This document shows positions 1-10,932 of a DNA stretch of 64,000 nt, piece by piece. The stretch's first letter is position 1; each line of letters begins with the position of its first letter. The stretch lies in NCBI GenBank assembly GCA_963814585.1, contig CAWFDF010000008.1, forward strand, positions 352,001 through 416,000, given 5' to 3'. The notes beneath the pieces are model-generated. The model was not told where the DNA came from, did not search any database, and saw only the letters and a list, made by a program, of their open reading frames with translations. This DNA comes from an uncultured delta proteobacterium (GTDB lineage Bacteria; Myxococcota; Myxococcia; Myxococcales; Anaeromyxobacteraceae). Position numbers and translations under genes: made by a program.

Positions 1-326
1 GGGTGGTCAAGTTCGGCAAGGGCGACTTCATCGGCCGCGCGGCGCTCCAGCGCCAGAAGGAGGCGGGGCTCTCTCGCAAGCTGGTCGGCTTCCAGCTCAC
101 CGAGCCCGGCATCGCCCGCCACGGCCACCGGGTGGTGCGCGACGGCCAGCCGGTCGGCGTGGTCACCAGCGGCACCCGCTCGCCGACACTGAAGACGTCG
201 ATCGGCCTGGCCTACGTGCCCCCCGCGCTGGCCGCCGAGGGCTCGGCGCTGGCCGTCGAGATCCGAGGCAAGGCCGTGGCCGCCACCGTCGTGAAGACGC
301 CCTTCCTTTCCCGCACCAGCCGCTGA
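1..326 (+). CDS. gcvT: Glycine cleavage T protein (aminomethyltransferase), 5'-truncated by window edge
   Basis: C-terminal motifs KGDFIGR, VTSGTRSPTL..SIGLAYV, VEIRGK, VVKTPF; lies upstream of gcvH. Confidence 0.95.
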   Translation, partial: VVKFGKGDFIGRAALQRQKEAGLSRKLVGFQLTEPGIARHGHRVVRDGQPVGVVTSGTRSPTLKTSIGLAYVPPALAAEGSALAVEIRGKAVAATVVKTPFLSRTSR

Positions 327-338
327 CCAGGAGAGACC

Positions 339-725
339 ATGAACATCCCCGACGACCTCAAGTACACCAAGGACCACGAGTGGGCTCGCCAGAAGGGGAC
401 CAAGGTCCTGGTCGGCATCACCGACTTCGCCCAGGACGCGCTCGGCGACGTGGTCTTCGTCGAGCTCCCCGCGGTCGGCGACGAGGTGAAGCGGGGGGAG
501 TCCTTCGGCGTGGTCGAGTCGACCAAGGCCGTCTCGGAGCTCTTCGCGCCGGTCTCCGGCAAGGTGGTCGAGGTCAACGACCCCCTGGTGGAGGCCCCCG
601 AGACCATCAACGAGGATCCCTACGAGGAGGGCTGGATGATCGCCATCGAGCCCTCCGATCCCAAGGAGCTGGCCGGCCTCCTCGACGCCGCGGCCTACAA
701 GGCCCACGTCGACGAGCAGGGCTGA
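339..725 (+). CDS. gcvH: Glycine cleavage H protein
   Basis: YTKDHEW, GITDFAQDALGDVVFVELP, lipoyl-lysine motif VESTKAVSE; RBS AGGAG. Confidence 0.97.
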   Translation: MNIPDDLKYTKDHEWARQKGTKVLVGITDFAQDALGDVVFVELPAVGDEVKRGESFGVVESTKAVSELFAPVSGKVVEVNDPLVEAPETINEDPYEEGWMIAIEPSDPKELAGLLDAAAYKAHVDEQG

Positions 726-773
726 CCCACACCCTCCCCCCGTCGCGGCGCGGCGCGCCGCCGAGGAGCTCCG

Positions 774-2108
774 TTGCGCTACCATCCACACACGCCCGAC
801 GACGTCCGCGCCATGCTGGACGCGATCGGGCAGAAGTCGGTCTCCGACCTCTTCCGCTCCATCCCCGCCCCGCTCCGGCTCCGGCGCCCGCTCCAGGTCC
901 CTCCGGCGCTGGACGAGATCTCGCTGTTCGGCGAGCTGGGCCGGATGGCGGCCCGCAACGTGGTCAGCCATCCGCCCTTCGTCGGCGCCGGCTCCTACCC
1001 GCACCACGTCCCACCCACCGTGGACCAGCTGCTGCTGCGCGGCGAGTTCTTCACCGCCTACACGCCGTACCAGCCGGAGATCGCCCAGGGCACCCTGCAG
1101 GCCCTCTTCGAGTGGCAGACCTTCGTCTGCCTGCTCACCGGCCTCGACGTCTCCAACGCCTCGCTCTACGACGGGGCCACCGCCACCGCCGAGGCGGCCC
1201 TCATGGCCACGCGGGTGACCGACCGCCCCAGGGTGGTGGTCTCGGCCGCGGTCCACCCCGCCTATCGCGCCACGCTCGCCACCTACCTGGCGTCCACCGG
1301 CGACGAGATCGTCACCGTCCCGTTCGGCGACGACGGCCGCACCGACCTGGCCGCGCTGAAGCGCGCCGCCGAGGGGGCCGCGGCCGTGATCATCGGGTGG
1401 CCCAACGCGCTCGGCGTCATCGACGCCCTCCCCGAGGCGGCCGCCATCGCCAGGGCGGCCGGCGCCCTCACCGTGGCGGTCACCGCCGAGGCGGTCTCGC
1501 TCGGCCTGCTCCAGGCCCCAGGCGCGCTCGGCGCCGACGTCGCCGTCGGCAGCTTCCAGAGCTTCGGCAACGCCATGGGCTTCGGGGGCCCGGCCCCGGG
1601 CTTCTTCGCCATCCGCGAGAAGTTCGTTCGCCAGATGCCGGGGCGCGTCTGCGGGGCCACCGTGGACAAGCACGGGCGGCGCGGCTTCGTGCTCACGCTC
1701 TCCACCCGCGAGCAGCACATCCGGCGCGAGAAGGCCACCTCCAACATCTGCACCAACGCCGGGCTCTGCGCGCTGGCCTCCACCATGCACCTGTCGCTGC
1801 TGGGGAAGAGGGGGCTGGCGGACCTGGCCCGGCTGAACCACGAGCGGGCCCGGCTGCTTCGCCACGAGCTGGGCCAGGTCGGCGTGAGGCCGGTCTTCGC
1901 CGGGCCGTTCTTCAACGAGCAGGCCTTCGACGTCGGCGACGCCGAGGCGGTGGTGGCGAGGCTGGCGAAGCGCGGGATCGCCGCGGGCCTGCCGCTGGCG
2001 CGCTGGTACCCCGACCACCCCAGGGCCAGGGGGGCGCTGCTCTGCGTCGCCACCGAGCTCCACACCCCCGAGCTGATCCAGCTCTTCGCCAAGGCGGTGA
2101 AGCCGTGA
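774..2108 (+). CDS. gcvPA: Glycine dehydrogenase subunit 1
   Basis: TTG start; [41 protein letters not shown]. Confidence 0.96.
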   Translation: MRYHPHTPDDVRAMLDAIGQKSVSDLFRSIPAPLRLRRPLQVPPALDEISLFGELGRMAARNVVSHPPFVGAGSYPHHVPPTVDQLLLRGEFFTAYTPYQPEIAQGTLQALFEWQTFVCLLTGLDVSNASLYDGATATAEAALMATRVTDRPRVVVSAAVHPAYRATLATYLASTGDEIVTVPFGDDGRTDLAALKRAAEGAAAVIIGWPNALGVIDALPEAAAIARAAGALTVAVTAEAVSLGLLQAPGALGADVAVGSFQSFGNAMGFGGPAPGFFAIREKFVRQMPGRVCGATVDKHGRRGFVLTLSTREQHIRREKATSNICTNAGLCALASTMHLSLLGKRGLADLARLNHERARLLRHELGQVGVRPVFAGPFFNEQAFDVGDAEAVVARLAKRGIAAGLPLARWYPDHPRARGALLCVATELHTPELIQLFAKAVKP

Positions 2109-3664
2109 GCAACCAGTCCGGGTGGAAGCCCAGCATGGAGCCGTCGGCCGCGGCCACGGCGGTGGACGTCCCCGGCCTCGGCGGCGCGGTGAGCGGCCTG
2201 GTCCACGAGGAGCCGCTGGTCTTCGAGCACGGCTCGAAGGGGCGCTGCGGCGTCTCCCTCCCCGCCCCGGCGGCCGGCGCCGACGACGACCTGCCGGCGG
2301 CGCTGGTGCGCGCGGCGGTCGATGGCCTCCCCGAGCTCTCCGAGCTGGAGGTGGTCCGGCACTTCACCCGCATGTCGGTCTGGAACCACGGCATCGACAC
2401 CGGGTTCTACCCGCTCGGCTCCTGCACCATGAAGTACAACCCGAAGTCGAGCGAGGCGCTGGCGCGCCTGCCCGGCTTCGCCGGGCTCCACCCGCTGGCC
2501 CCGGCCGAGCACGCCCAGGGGTCGCTCGAGCTGATGTACGCGCTGGAGCGGGCCCTCTCCGAGATCGCCGGGATGGACGTGACCACGCTCCACCCGGCCG
2601 CCGGCGCTCACGGCGAGCTGTGCGGCATGATGGTGATCCGCGCCTGGCACGTGGCCCACGGCAAGCCGCGGAAGAAGGTGCTCATCCCAGACACCGCCCA
2701 CGGCACCAACCCGGCCTCGGCGGCCCTCAACGGCTACTCCTGCGTCCAGCTGGCCAGCGGCGCCGACGGTCGGCTCCACCCCGACTCGGTGGCGGCGGCG
2801 ATGGACGATGACGTCGCGGCCATCATGATCACCAACCCCAACACGCTCGGGGTCTTCGAGAGCGACATCGCCGAGATCGCCCGGATCGTGCACGCCCGGG
2901 GGGGCCTGGTCTACGGCGACGGCGCCAACATGAACGCCCTGCTGGGCAACGCCCGCCCTGGCGACATGGGCTTCGACGTCATCCAGTACAACCTGCACAA
3001 GACCTTCGCCACGCCCCACGGCGGGGGCGGCCCCGGCTCCGGCCCGGTGTCGGTCAAGGCCGGCCTGGCGCCGTTCCTGCCGCTCCCGGTGGTGGTCAAG
3101 GAGGGCGAGTCCTACCGGCTGGTGACCGATCCGAAGGAGCGGCCGCAGACCATCGGCCGCATCCACGGGTTCCACGGGAACTTCGGCATGATGGTGCGGG
3201 CCTGGGCCTACCTGCGCGAGCTGGGTCCGGACGGGCTCAAGGCCACCTCCGATCTCGCCGTGCTCAACGCCAACTACGTCCGGAGCGCGCTCCAGGGGGA
3301 CTACCACCTCCCCTACCAGACCGACTCCCTCCACGAGGTGGTCTTCGACGACACGGCGCAGAAGGACACCGGCGTCATCACCATGGACATCGCCAAGCGG
3401 CTCATCGACTACGGCTTCCACCCCCCCACCATCTACTTCCCGCTGGTGGTCCACGGCGCCATCATGATCGAGCCCACCGAGTCGGAGTCGAAGGAGACCA
3501 TCGACGCCTTCGTCGCCGCCATGAAGTCGATCGCCGAGGAGGCCAGGCGGGATCCCGAGACGCTCAAGGCCTCGCCCCGGAAGCCGGTCCGCGCCCGCCT
3601 CGACGAGACCCGCGCCGCCCGCAAGCCGGTGCTGCGCTGGACGCCGGGGATGAAGGTCGAGTAG
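2105..3664 (+). CDS. gcvPB: Glycine dehydrogenase subunit 2
   Basis: GTG overlaps gcvPA stop; [24 protein letters not shown] lysine [14 protein letters not shown]. Confidence 0.96.
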   Translation: MSNQSGWKPSMEPSAAATAVDVPGLGGAVSGLVHEEPLVFEHGSKGRCGVSLPAPAAGADDDLPAALVRAAVDGLPELSELEVVRHFTRMSVWNHGIDTGFYPLGSCTMKYNPKSSEALARLPGFAGLHPLAPAEHAQGSLELMYALERALSEIAGMDVTTLHPAAGAHGELCGMMVIRAWHVAHGKPRKKVLIPDTAHGTNPASAALNGYSCVQLASGADGRLHPDSVAAAMDDDVAAIMITNPNTLGVFESDIAEIARIVHARGGLVYGDGANMNALLGNARPGDMGFDVIQYNLHKTFATPHGGGGPGSGPVSVKAGLAPFLPLPVVVKEGESYRLVTDPKERPQTIGRIHGFHGNFGMMVRAWAYLRELGPDGLKATSDLAVLNANYVRSALQGDYHLPYQTDSLHEVVFDDTAQKDTGVITMDIAKRLIDYGFHPPTIYFPLVVHGAIMIEPTESESKETIDAFVAAMKSIAEEARRDPETLKASPRKPVRARLDETRAARKPVLRWTPGMKVE

Positions 3665-3678
3665 GCGCCGACGCCCGA

Positions 3679-3861
3679 TCGTGCTGGCGCCGGCTTCTGG
3701 TGACGCCAGCACAAGATGCGACAGGTACTCCTGCACACGAAGCGGCTCGCGTTCCGTCATGGACGCGAGCCGATCCGGTGACAGATCCTTGGCCAGCGTC
3801 ACTGGTCCCAGAAGCTCCTCACGTCTTGCGGCGGCGCCACCAGAAACCGGCGCCGTCGCGA
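3679..3861. repeat. Inverted-repeat element (REPIN/MITE-like)
   Basis: 3679-3721 matches the reverse complement of 3819-3861 at 33/43 nt; each arm is itself a hairpin; central hairpin at 3743-3772. Confidence 0.7.
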
Positions 3862-4859
3862 CTGGGCGCCAACCTTCTCCACATCATCAGCACGCCGAGC
3901 ACCAGCAGCAGCGCCGCCGCCAGCGCGATGGGGTGGCCCGGCGTCTCCCGCACCCGCAGCAGGACGGCCGGGGCCAGCGAGGACTCGACCAGGAGGAGCG
4001 GCCGGCCGGTCCGGAGCGGCACCAGCTCGCCCGGCGCCATCCAGCGGGTCGGAGCTCCGCCCCCGGCCGGCTCCGCGCGCACCAGCGCCGCGAGCCGGCC
4101 GCGCGGCCGGGCGAAGCCCAGCACCTCGACCCGCTCCCCGCCGAGCACGCACCCCTGCTCCTGGGAGAGCGCGCAGGTCTCCTCGCCCGAGGCGAGCCGC
4201 GCCACCGGCACCTGCCCGAACTCGGAGAGCAGCGCCAGCCGGCCGCCCCAGCCGGCGGAGAGCGGCTGGTTGTAGCCGACCACGGTCGCCTCGACCCGGC
4301 CGGCCCCGTCGCGCAGCTCGATCGCGGCGCGCACCTCCCGCGGCATGCCGTTGGGCAGCTCCTCCACGGCGAACGACGCCAGCCTGGCCTCCCCGAACCC
4401 GGGAAGCGGCTGCCACCCCTCGGCCACCAGGTGGGAGCCACCCTCCCGGGAGAGGAAGCCGCCGGCCAGGTGGGCCAGCAGCGCCACCAGGAAGGCCAGG
4501 TGCAGCACCGCGGCGGCGTAGGCGCGCGGCACGCGGAGCCCGGCCCGCCACCGGGTCGTGACCGTCTCCCAGGTGGCCAGCAGCGTGTTGAGCGCGTAGA
4601 GCGCCGCCACCGGCACCAGCGCGTAGAGCCAGAGGTGGGCGAGATGGGGGCGCTCGAAGAAGGCGCCCAGGTCGTCGAGGCCGATGCCGGCCGAGGCGCC
4701 CTCGCGGGTGACCGCCATCACCACCGAGCCGATGGCCAGGAGGAGCACGGTGGCGAGGCCGCAGCAGACCCCTAGCCCCTGCGAGCGGAGCCACGCCCAG
4801 CGGCCGGGGCGCGCGGCCGGGGGCAGACCGAGCCCGACGAGCCCGTCAGCCGAAGGCAT
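3819..4859 (-). CDS. ResB/Ccs1-like cytochrome c biogenesis membrane protein
   Basis: Three N-terminal TM segments with LHLAFLVALLAHL, soluble domain containing YNQPL, C-terminal TM; adjacent to ccsA. Confidence 0.7.
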   Translation of the reverse strand: MPSADGLVGLGLPPAARPGRWAWLRSQGLGVCCGLATVLLLAIGSVVMAVTREGASAGIGLDDLGAFFERPHLAHLWLYALVPVAALYALNTLLATWETVTTRWRAGLRVPRAYAAAVLHLAFLVALLAHLAGGFLSREGGSHLVAEGWQPLPGFGEARLASFAVEELPNGMPREVRAAIELRDGAGRVEATVVGYNQPLSAGWGGRLALLSEFGQVPVARLASGEETCALSQEQGCVLGGERVEVLGFARPRGRLAALVRAEPAGGGAPTRWMAPGELVPLRTGRPLLLVESSLAPAVLLRVRETPGHPIALAAALLLVLGVLMMWRRLAPSRDGAGFWWRRRKT

Positions 4860-5631
4860 GGCTCGACCGCCCGAAGAAGAAGGAGGTGCCCACGTAGGCC
4901 ACGACCACCAGCCCCAGGCCGACGATGGCCAGGGCCGGCCGGACCCATGGCCGCGACGCCAGCGACGGCGTCAACCGCACGTGCACGGAGGTCGAGGCGT
5001 GGAACCAGAGGATGACCGACCAGACCACCTTGGGGTCCCAGAGGAACCAGGCGCCCCACGCCACCACGCCCCAGACGCCGCCGCAGACCATGGAGAGCGA
5101 CCAGAGGGCGAAGCCCCAGAGCGCGAGCCGATCGATGAGCGCCAGCCAGTCACCGCCCCGATCCCCGAACCAGGCCACGCCGGCGGCGGCGGCCGCGGTC
5201 CAGGTCCCGTAGGCCAGGAAGGAGAGCGGCACGTGGAGCGGGTACCAGACCGTCCGCATCAGCGGCGGCGGCCAGTGGAGCCCCTGCGGGAGGAGCAGGG
5301 CCGTGCCCATGGCGGCGCCCAGGACCGCCAGCAGCGGCAGCAGGTAGGCCCGCGCCGGCCGGAAGGCGACGACGCCGACCAGCGCCACCGCCAGCGCCGC
5401 GGCGGCGAAGGACTCCGTCTTGTTGGTGAGCGGCAGGAACCCGATGAGCAGCCCGCGCCAGAGCGACCAGGCCAGGTGGAGCGCGGCCCCGAGCGCCAGC
5501 GGCTGGCGGGCCCAGCGCGGCCGGACCACGGCGGCCAGCGTCGCCAGCAGGTAGCAGGCGGCGGCGCCCTGCAGCAGCAGCGCCAGCGCCGGCGGCGCCG
5601 GCGGCCCCATCGCGCCCGGAGGGCCCATCAC
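4846..5631 (-). CDS. ccsA: Cytochrome c assembly protein CcsA/ResC
   Basis: WWD domain [28 protein letters not shown], terminal His (SSHAF). Confidence 0.85.
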   Translation of the reverse strand: MMGPPGAMGPPAPPALALLLQGAAACYLLATLAAVVRPRWARQPLALGAALHLAWSLWRGLLIGFLPLTNKTESFAAAALAVALVGVVAFRPARAYLLPLLAVLGAAMGTALLLPQGLHWPPPLMRTVWYPLHVPLSFLAYGTWTAAAAAGVAWFGDRGGDWLALIDRLALWGFALWSLSMVCGGVWGVVAWGAWFLWDPKVVWSVILWFHASTSVHVRLTPSLASRPWVRPALAIVGLGLVVVAYVGTSFFFGRSSHAFG

Positions 5632-6104
5632 CGCTTCAGCTGCTCCGCGACGAAGGCCTCGCGCTCGGCGTCGTGGTCCGCCACCTGCCGATCATACTGG
5701 CCGTGGAAGAGCGGCGCGGCCACCAGGAAGTCGGCGGTGGCCCGGTTGCACGCGGTGGGGATGTTGTAGAGGACCGCCAGGCGCAGCAGCGCCTTGACGT
5801 CCGGATCGTGCGGCTGCGGCTCGAGCGGATCCCAGAAGAAGATCAGCACGTCGATGGTCCCCTCCGAGATGCGGGCACCCACCTGCTGATCGCCTCCCAG
5901 CGGGCCCGAGCGGAACCGCTCCACCGGCAGGCCGGTCCTGGCCGCCACCAGCGCCCCGGTGGTGCCGGTGGCGCAGAGGTGGTGCTCCTTGAGGACCGGG
6001 CGGTTGTAGGCCACCCAGGCGAGCAGGTCGGCCTTGCGCCGGTCATGCGCGATGAGCGCCACCCGCTTGCGAGCCGGCATGGCCAGCCGGACGACGTCGC
6101 TCAT
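5628..6104 (-). CDS. mgsA: Methylglyoxal synthase
   Basis: [41 protein letters not shown]; start at ATG 6104 inferred. Confidence 0.95.
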   Translation of the reverse strand: MSDVVRLAMPARKRVALIAHDRRKADLLAWVAYNRPVLKEHHLCATGTTGALVAARTGLPVERFRSGPLGGDQQVGARISEGTIDVLIFFWDPLEPQPHDPDVKALLRLAVLYNIPTACNRATADFLVAAPLFHGQYDRQVADHDAEREAFVAEQLKR

Positions 6105-6135
6105 CCCCGGCTCCCCTCGCCCCGGCCGGCCGGAC

Positions 6136-7296
6136 TCAGGGGCCACCTCGGAAGATCTGGAACCCGCCCCGGCCGACCTCCAGGTAGAAGCCGAAGGTGA
6201 AGCGGATCTCCCCGTTCGGCTCGACGATGCCGGGCGGCGGGTTGGCGAAGGGCTGCGCCCGCTTGAAGGCCTCGATGGTGGTCTTGTCGAGGAAGTCCAT
6301 GCCGCTGGTCTTCTTCACCACCACGTCCTTGAGGGCGCCGCTCGGATCGAGCGTCACGGAGAGGAGCGTGTAGCGATCGCGGTTGCCGAACATCGACCGA
6401 TCCGGATCGCGCTGGTCGAGGGCACGCTGCGGATTCCAGGTGGACGAGACCGCCTGCTTGATCCGGTTGAAGTAGGTCGCGTACTTCCACTCGCGGGTGT
6501 TGAGGAAGGTGCCGTCCCCATCCTCGACCCCGTCGAGCCGGTCCGGCGAGCCGCCGCCCGCCAGCCGCGCCAGCGTCTCCGGGGCCAGCGCCAGCCGCGG
6601 GTCGTACTGGCCTGGCCGGCGCTGCCCGCCCTCGCCACCGCCCGCGGCCCCCGTGGCGCGGTCGGGCTGCTGCGTCACCTTGGGGTCCCACGGGAGGGTC
6701 GGGATCTCCCCACCGGGAACCGGAGGCGGGCGCTCGCCGGCGGGGGCGGGCCGGTTCCTGGCCACCTGCCGGTTCTCACCGGCGCGGGCGCCGACGCGCC
6801 CCTCGACGAGCCTCTCCGACTTCCCATCCTGGCCGCCCTGGGCCTTGCTGACCGCCGCGCCCTGCCCCGCCGGTCCCGGAGGCGCCGCCGGCGCGCCCGG
6901 GCCGCGGAAGCGGGACCGGGTCTCCTTGTCGACCGAGTTGTCGCGGTCCGAGACGTACCTGGTGTCCTTGGGCGGCCTGGCGTTGGAGCTGGCGGTCTCG
7001 ACCACCTGCCCGGGGAACTTGCGCTGCTCCTCCGGCGACACCTCGGGAGGCGCCCGGGGAGACGCCACCGCCTTCGGATCCCGGACGGTCCGGTTGGCGT
7101 TCCAGTCCGAGGCGCTGAGCGCCGCCATGTCGATGGGGCGCACCTGCTTGACCGGTCCGAGCCCGAGCGAACCCGGATCGATCCTGGTCACCAGCAGCCA
7201 GTTGGCGAGCAGCGAGATGACCAGCGCCAGGGTGGCCCGGAGTCCAGGGCGATCCCGGCGCTTCCGGCGACGGAGGGTGGGTCCGAGGTGGGTCAT
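6136..7296 (-). CDS. TonB/TolA-like energy transducer with TonB C-terminal domain
   Basis: N-terminal TM, Pro/Gly-rich linker, C-terminal [17 protein letters not shown]....AF..AQPF.NPP. Confidence 0.8.
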   Translation of the reverse strand: MTHLGPTLRRRKRRDRPGLRATLALVISLLANWLLVTRIDPGSLGLGPVKQVRPIDMAALSASDWNANRTVRDPKAVASPRAPPEVSPEEQRKFPGQVVETASSNARPPKDTRYVSDRDNSVDKETRSRFRGPGAPAAPPGPAGQGAAVSKAQGGQDGKSERLVEGRVGARAGENRQVARNRPAPAGERPPPVPGGEIPTLPWDPKVTQQPDRATGAAGGGEGGQRRPGQYDPRLALAPETLARLAGGGSPDRLDGVEDGDGTFLNTREWKYATYFNRIKQAVSSTWNPQRALDQRDPDRSMFGNRDRYTLLSVTLDPSGALKDVVVKKTSGMDFLDKTTIEAFKRAQPFANPPPGIVEPNGEIRFTFGFYLEVGRGGFQIFRGGP

Positions 7297-7394
7297 CGCG
7301 CCTGCTGAATCCTAACAGGAAACCGTCCCCGCGCCTTCCCTCGGAGGGGCGCATTGCCCACCGCCCCGTCCGCGGCTAGACCACTGAGCTGACG

Positions 7395-9410
7395 ATGGAT
7401 TCCCCCCTCGACCCCGAACAGGGCCCCACCGGCGCGTCGGGGCCGGACCGTCTCCCCCGGCCCGCGCTCTTCGGCCTGGTCGCGGCCGCGCTGCTGATGG
7501 TCGCCTGGATCGCCCTCCACGCCGCCGTCGACCGTCCCGTGGTCCGCGCCAGGATCCAGGCGCGCGCGCAGGAGCTGCTCCGGGCGAGGCTGGGGCCGGT
7601 GGAGCTGGCCCGGACCGTCGAGATCGACTGGGCGTTCCGCGTCTGGCTGGGGCCACTTCGAGTCCCGTCGACGACCCCTGGCGCCGAGCCACTGCTCGTC
7701 ATCGAACGGCTCAGGGTGCGCGCCAGCCTGCTGGCCGCCCTGGCCGGCCGCCTGGAGCCAGCCTCGGCCAGGCTCTACGGGGTCAGGCTCTCGCCGGGCG
7801 AGCGCGGCCGGGAGGTGGACGCGGCCGTGGCGAGGTGGCGGTCGCGTGCGGCCACTTCCGGTTCCCAGGCTCCGCCGAGCCGGGCCGGCACGCCGGTGAT
7901 CCTGGTGAGGGGCCTGAGCGTGGCCGTCCCGTGGCGGGGCAGGTCCATCGTCCTCGGCCCCGTGGACGGGCGGCTGCGCCGCCTGGCCGCCGGGGACGAG
8001 GAGCGGATCGAGCTCGACGCCTGGCTCCCGGGTGGGAGCCACGCCGAGGCGCGCCTTCGCCGGACCCCGGGCCCGGAGCCCGGGTGGGAGTTCCGGATCT
8101 CGGCGACGCTGGGCGTGGCGGACCTCCCGGCGGCCCATCCCGGGGGCCTGGAGGCCCCCACTGGAAGCCTGTCACTCGAGGTGAATGGATTGGCCAGCGA
8201 CGCGGGGGCCACGGCCACCGTCCGCGGCGACCTGACCCGGCTCCGGCTGCGCGGGCCGCGGCTCGGCTCGGAGATCGTCGGCCCGCTGGAGGCGCGCGGC
8301 GAGGCGGAGATTCGCTGGACCAGGGCGACCCGGCGACTCGAGGTCCGGCGGGGCTGGCTCGAGCCGGCCGGGCCGCTGCGACTCGAGGCCGACGGGGCCC
8401 TCTCGCTGGGCGCCGAGCCCTCCTTCACGCTCTCGGTCCTCGTCCCCCCGGTCGACTTCCGAGCCCTGGTCGCGGCCCTTCCCGCCGCGCTGGCCCCGCC
8501 GCGACAGGCCCCCCGTCCGCCCGGCCGGCTGGGCGGCTCGCTGAAGCTCTCGGGGCCGCTGACCCCGCTGGTGGGCTGGACCGTCCTGGCGGGGCTCGAT
8601 CTCTCCGGCCTGCGCGCCGCCGCCCGCGCCGGGCCGCCCAGCCCGCTCCTCACGGCCTTCGTGACCCATCCCGATGGCGAGGACGGTGCCGCGGTCCGGC
8701 TCGGCCCGCCCAGCCCGTCCTTCGTCCCCATCGCCGAGCTGCCCGAGTTCGTGGTCCGCGCCGTCACCACCGCCGAGGACGCCGGCTTCTTCGTCCATCA
8801 GGGCTTCGACTTCGCCGAGCTGCTCGACGCGCTGTCCGCCGGCGCGCAGGCCGGCCGCGTGGTGCGCGGCGGGTCCACCATCTCGCAGCAGCTGGCCAAG
8901 AACCTCTACCTGTCTCGCGACCGGACGCTGGCGCGCAAGGTGCGCGAGGCGCTGGTGACGGTGGGGCTCGAGGCCAGCCTCCCCAAGGCCAGGCTCCTGG
9001 AGATCTACCTGAACCTGATCGAGTGGGGCCCTGGCGTTCACGGGATCGGCCCGGCCGCCCGCCACTACTTCGCCGTCGATCCGCGCCAGCTCACGCCGCG
9101 CCAGGCCTGCTTCCTCGCCGCCGTCATCCCCGGCCCGTCCCGCTCCCATCGCCTGGTCACGGCCGGGCTGGGCGAACAGGCCTACCGGACGCGCGTGGAC
9201 GACCTGCTGCTCCGGCTCAACGGCTACCAGGTGATCTCCGACGAGGAGCTGCAGCGGGCGCTGGAGGAGCCGCTGCACTTCGCCTTCGGGGCGGCGCCGG
9301 GTGGTGCGCTCGCGGACGGTCCGGTGGCCGCCCCCGAGGACGACGAGCGGAACGCCGGAGAGGAGCCCGTCACGGTCCCGGACGGGCCTCGTCCCCCCGA
9401 CGCCGAGTGA
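7395..9410 (+). CDS. Monofunctional peptidoglycan transglycosylase (GT51) with long N-terminal extension
   Basis: AEDAGFFVHQGFD, GGSTISQQLAKNLYL, RKVREA, LEIYLNLIEWG; no transpeptidase domain. Confidence 0.85.
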   Translation: MDSPLDPEQGPTGASGPDRLPRPALFGLVAAALLMVAWIALHAAVDRPVVRARIQARAQELLRARLGPVELARTVEIDWAFRVWLGPLRVPSTTPGAEPLLVIERLRVRASLLAALAGRLEPASARLYGVRLSPGERGREVDAAVARWRSRAATSGSQAPPSRAGTPVILVRGLSVAVPWRGRSIVLGPVDGRLRRLAAGDEERIELDAWLPGGSHAEARLRRTPGPEPGWEFRISATLGVADLPAAHPGGLEAPTGSLSLEVNGLASDAGATATVRGDLTRLRLRGPRLGSEIVGPLEARGEAEIRWTRATRRLEVRRGWLEPAGPLRLEADGALSLGAEPSFTLSVLVPPVDFRALVAALPAALAPPRQAPRPPGRLGGSLKLSGPLTPLVGWTVLAGLDLSGLRAAARAGPPSPLLTAFVTHPDGEDGAAVRLGPPSPSFVPIAELPEFVVRAVTTAEDAGFFVHQGFDFAELLDALSAGAQAGRVVRGGSTISQQLAKNLYLSRDRTLARKVREALVTVGLEASLPKARLLEIYLNLIEWGPGVHGIGPAARHYFAVDPRQLTPRQACFLAAVIPGPSRSHRLVTAGLGEQAYRTRVDDLLLRLNGYQVISDEELQRALEEPLHFAFGAAPGGALADGPVAAPEDDERNAGEEPVTVPDGPRPPDAE

Positions 9411-9494
9411 CGCCGGCGGAGCCGCCGCCCGGGTCGTCGCGACCCCCGGCTGGGCGCTCACGTCCGGAGCGCCCGGGGGTGGCCCTGCCCCTGG

Positions 9495-9791
9495 CTACGC
9501 CGGGGGCGGCCCGCCTCCCTCCACCGGGCGCGGCTCCTCGGGCGCCGGTGGCTCCTCCGGAGCGGGAGGCTCCTCATAGGGCATGTAGGACCCGCCGCTC
9601 GACTGGAGGTCGAGCGCCACCGCGAGCAGGAACAGCACCAGGGCGAAGATGGCGATGCCCTGCCCGATGCTCATGGCGAGCACGAGGATCAGCGGGTGCG
9701 GGAAGATGACCGTGGAGGCCATGAAGACCATGGCGACCATGGTCCCGATCACCGAGAAGAAGACCAGCTTCTTGGCCATCTGGTGCTTCAC
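9495..9791 (-). CDS. Small two-TM membrane protein with PEEP repeat tail
   Basis: GTG overlaps the cytochrome stop; two hydrophobic helices. Confidence 0.7.
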   Translation of the reverse strand: MKHQMAKKLVFFSVIGTMVAMVFMASTVIFPHPLILVLAMSIGQGIAIFALVLFLLAVALDLQSSGGSYMPYEEPPAPEEPPAPEEPRPVEGGGPPPA

Positions 9792-10438
9792 TTGGCCGCC
9801 TCCTTCCTGGCACCGGGACGGCGCGACAGCGCCAGCGGGTGGACCTCGTCGTGGCAGTCGATGCAGTTGATCTCGCCCGACCGGATCTGCTCGAGCTCGC
9901 CGGCGTGCTGCTCGACGTAGCGCTTCCCCGTCGTCGAGTGGCACTGCATGCAGGCGTCGCTCTTGAAGGGCTTGTAGAGGTGGATGGCCGGGCCTCCCTC
10001 CCCGTCCGGCCCGGTGTTGGCGTACTCGGTGATGTACTTGAAGAGGTGCCGCATCCCGTTCAGCTTGGTGGTGACGGCACCGAACATCTGGTAGTCGGCG
10101 TGGCAGGTGTAGCAGCTGTTCTCGCCGAACTTGTGGTTCCGGCTGTGGAGCGCCGCCAGGCTGTTCGACTTCGGGTCCTCGGCATCGCGCAGGTACGGGC
10201 CCATCACGTGGCAGGAGCCGCAGAACGGGCGGGTCAGCGTGTACTCGAAGCTGGCGATGTTGCCGGTGAGGGACACGATGAGCGGGAAGGCGCCCAGCCC
10301 GAGCAGCAACATGGACTTGGTGACCCGGTTGAGATGGGGCCGGCGGATGAGGTACCAGGCGCCGATGACGATGGAGAGCGCCGCGCAGGAGAGCGAGATC
10401 GCCTGGAGGAGCTGCTCGGTGGTGTGGATGGAGATCAC
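9788..10438 (-). CDS. NapC/NirT-family tetraheme cytochrome c
   Basis: Four CXXCH motifs (CGSCH, CYTCH, CMQCH, CIDCH), N-terminal TM helices. Confidence 0.85.
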   Translation of the reverse strand: MISIHTTEQLLQAISLSCAALSIVIGAWYLIRRPHLNRVTKSMLLLGLGAFPLIVSLTGNIASFEYTLTRPFCGSCHVMGPYLRDAEDPKSNSLAALHSRNHKFGENSCYTCHADYQMFGAVTTKLNGMRHLFKYITEYANTGPDGEGGPAIHLYKPFKSDACMQCHSTTGKRYVEQHAGELEQIRSGEINCIDCHDEVHPLALSRRPGARKEAAK

Positions 10439-10454
10439 GTGGGTCCCTGGCGCT

Positions 10455-10733
10455 TCACTTCACGACGACGGGTCCCTCGGTGATCTCCGGGGCCCCGGAG
10501 ACCAGGCCGGCGGCGTTGGCCTTCACCCACTCCGCGGCCGCCCGGTCCGACTGGATGATCCCGTCGCGGGTCTCGAACAGGCTCAGCGAGGCCCACCAGC
10601 CCTCGCCCTCGTCGATGGCGATGTAGGAGATGAAGCCGGGGACCTTGCGGATGACGTTGATGAACGAGGAGTTCACCTTCTCGTTGAACTCCTTGGGCTT
10701 GTGGACCTTGTAGCGCCGGATGGTGCCGTACAT
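10455..10733 (-). CDS. Small ABM-like (dimeric alpha-beta barrel) protein
   Basis: MYGTIRRY..VPGFISY..SLSLFET..AAEWV pattern; RBS GGGAG. Confidence 0.7.
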   Translation of the reverse strand: MYGTIRRYKVHKPKEFNEKVNSSFINVIRKVPGFISYIAIDEGEGWWASLSLFETRDGIIQSDRAAAEWVKANAAGLVSGAPEITEGPVVVK

Positions 10734-10932
10734 GTGTGCTCCCTGCCGGCGCGCCGCCGGCGACTGGGATGAGGGGGACAGGCGTCCGAAGTGCGACATT
10801 ATGCCCGCCCTTCGGGCTCGCACCATCGGTTCGTAACGAAATCCGGCGGCCCGGTTGACGTGCCGCGTCGTGGCCACGGAGGCGACGCACAGGTCGAGCG
10901 GCTGGTCCCGATCGCCCTGCCGCGGGGAGCCG

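Noticed and set aside
380..2104. 1094-aa ORF suggesting a long N-terminal extension or fused GcvP
   Set aside because: The upstream part is an off-frame shadow over gcvH/gcvPA; gcvPB starts at GTG 2105.
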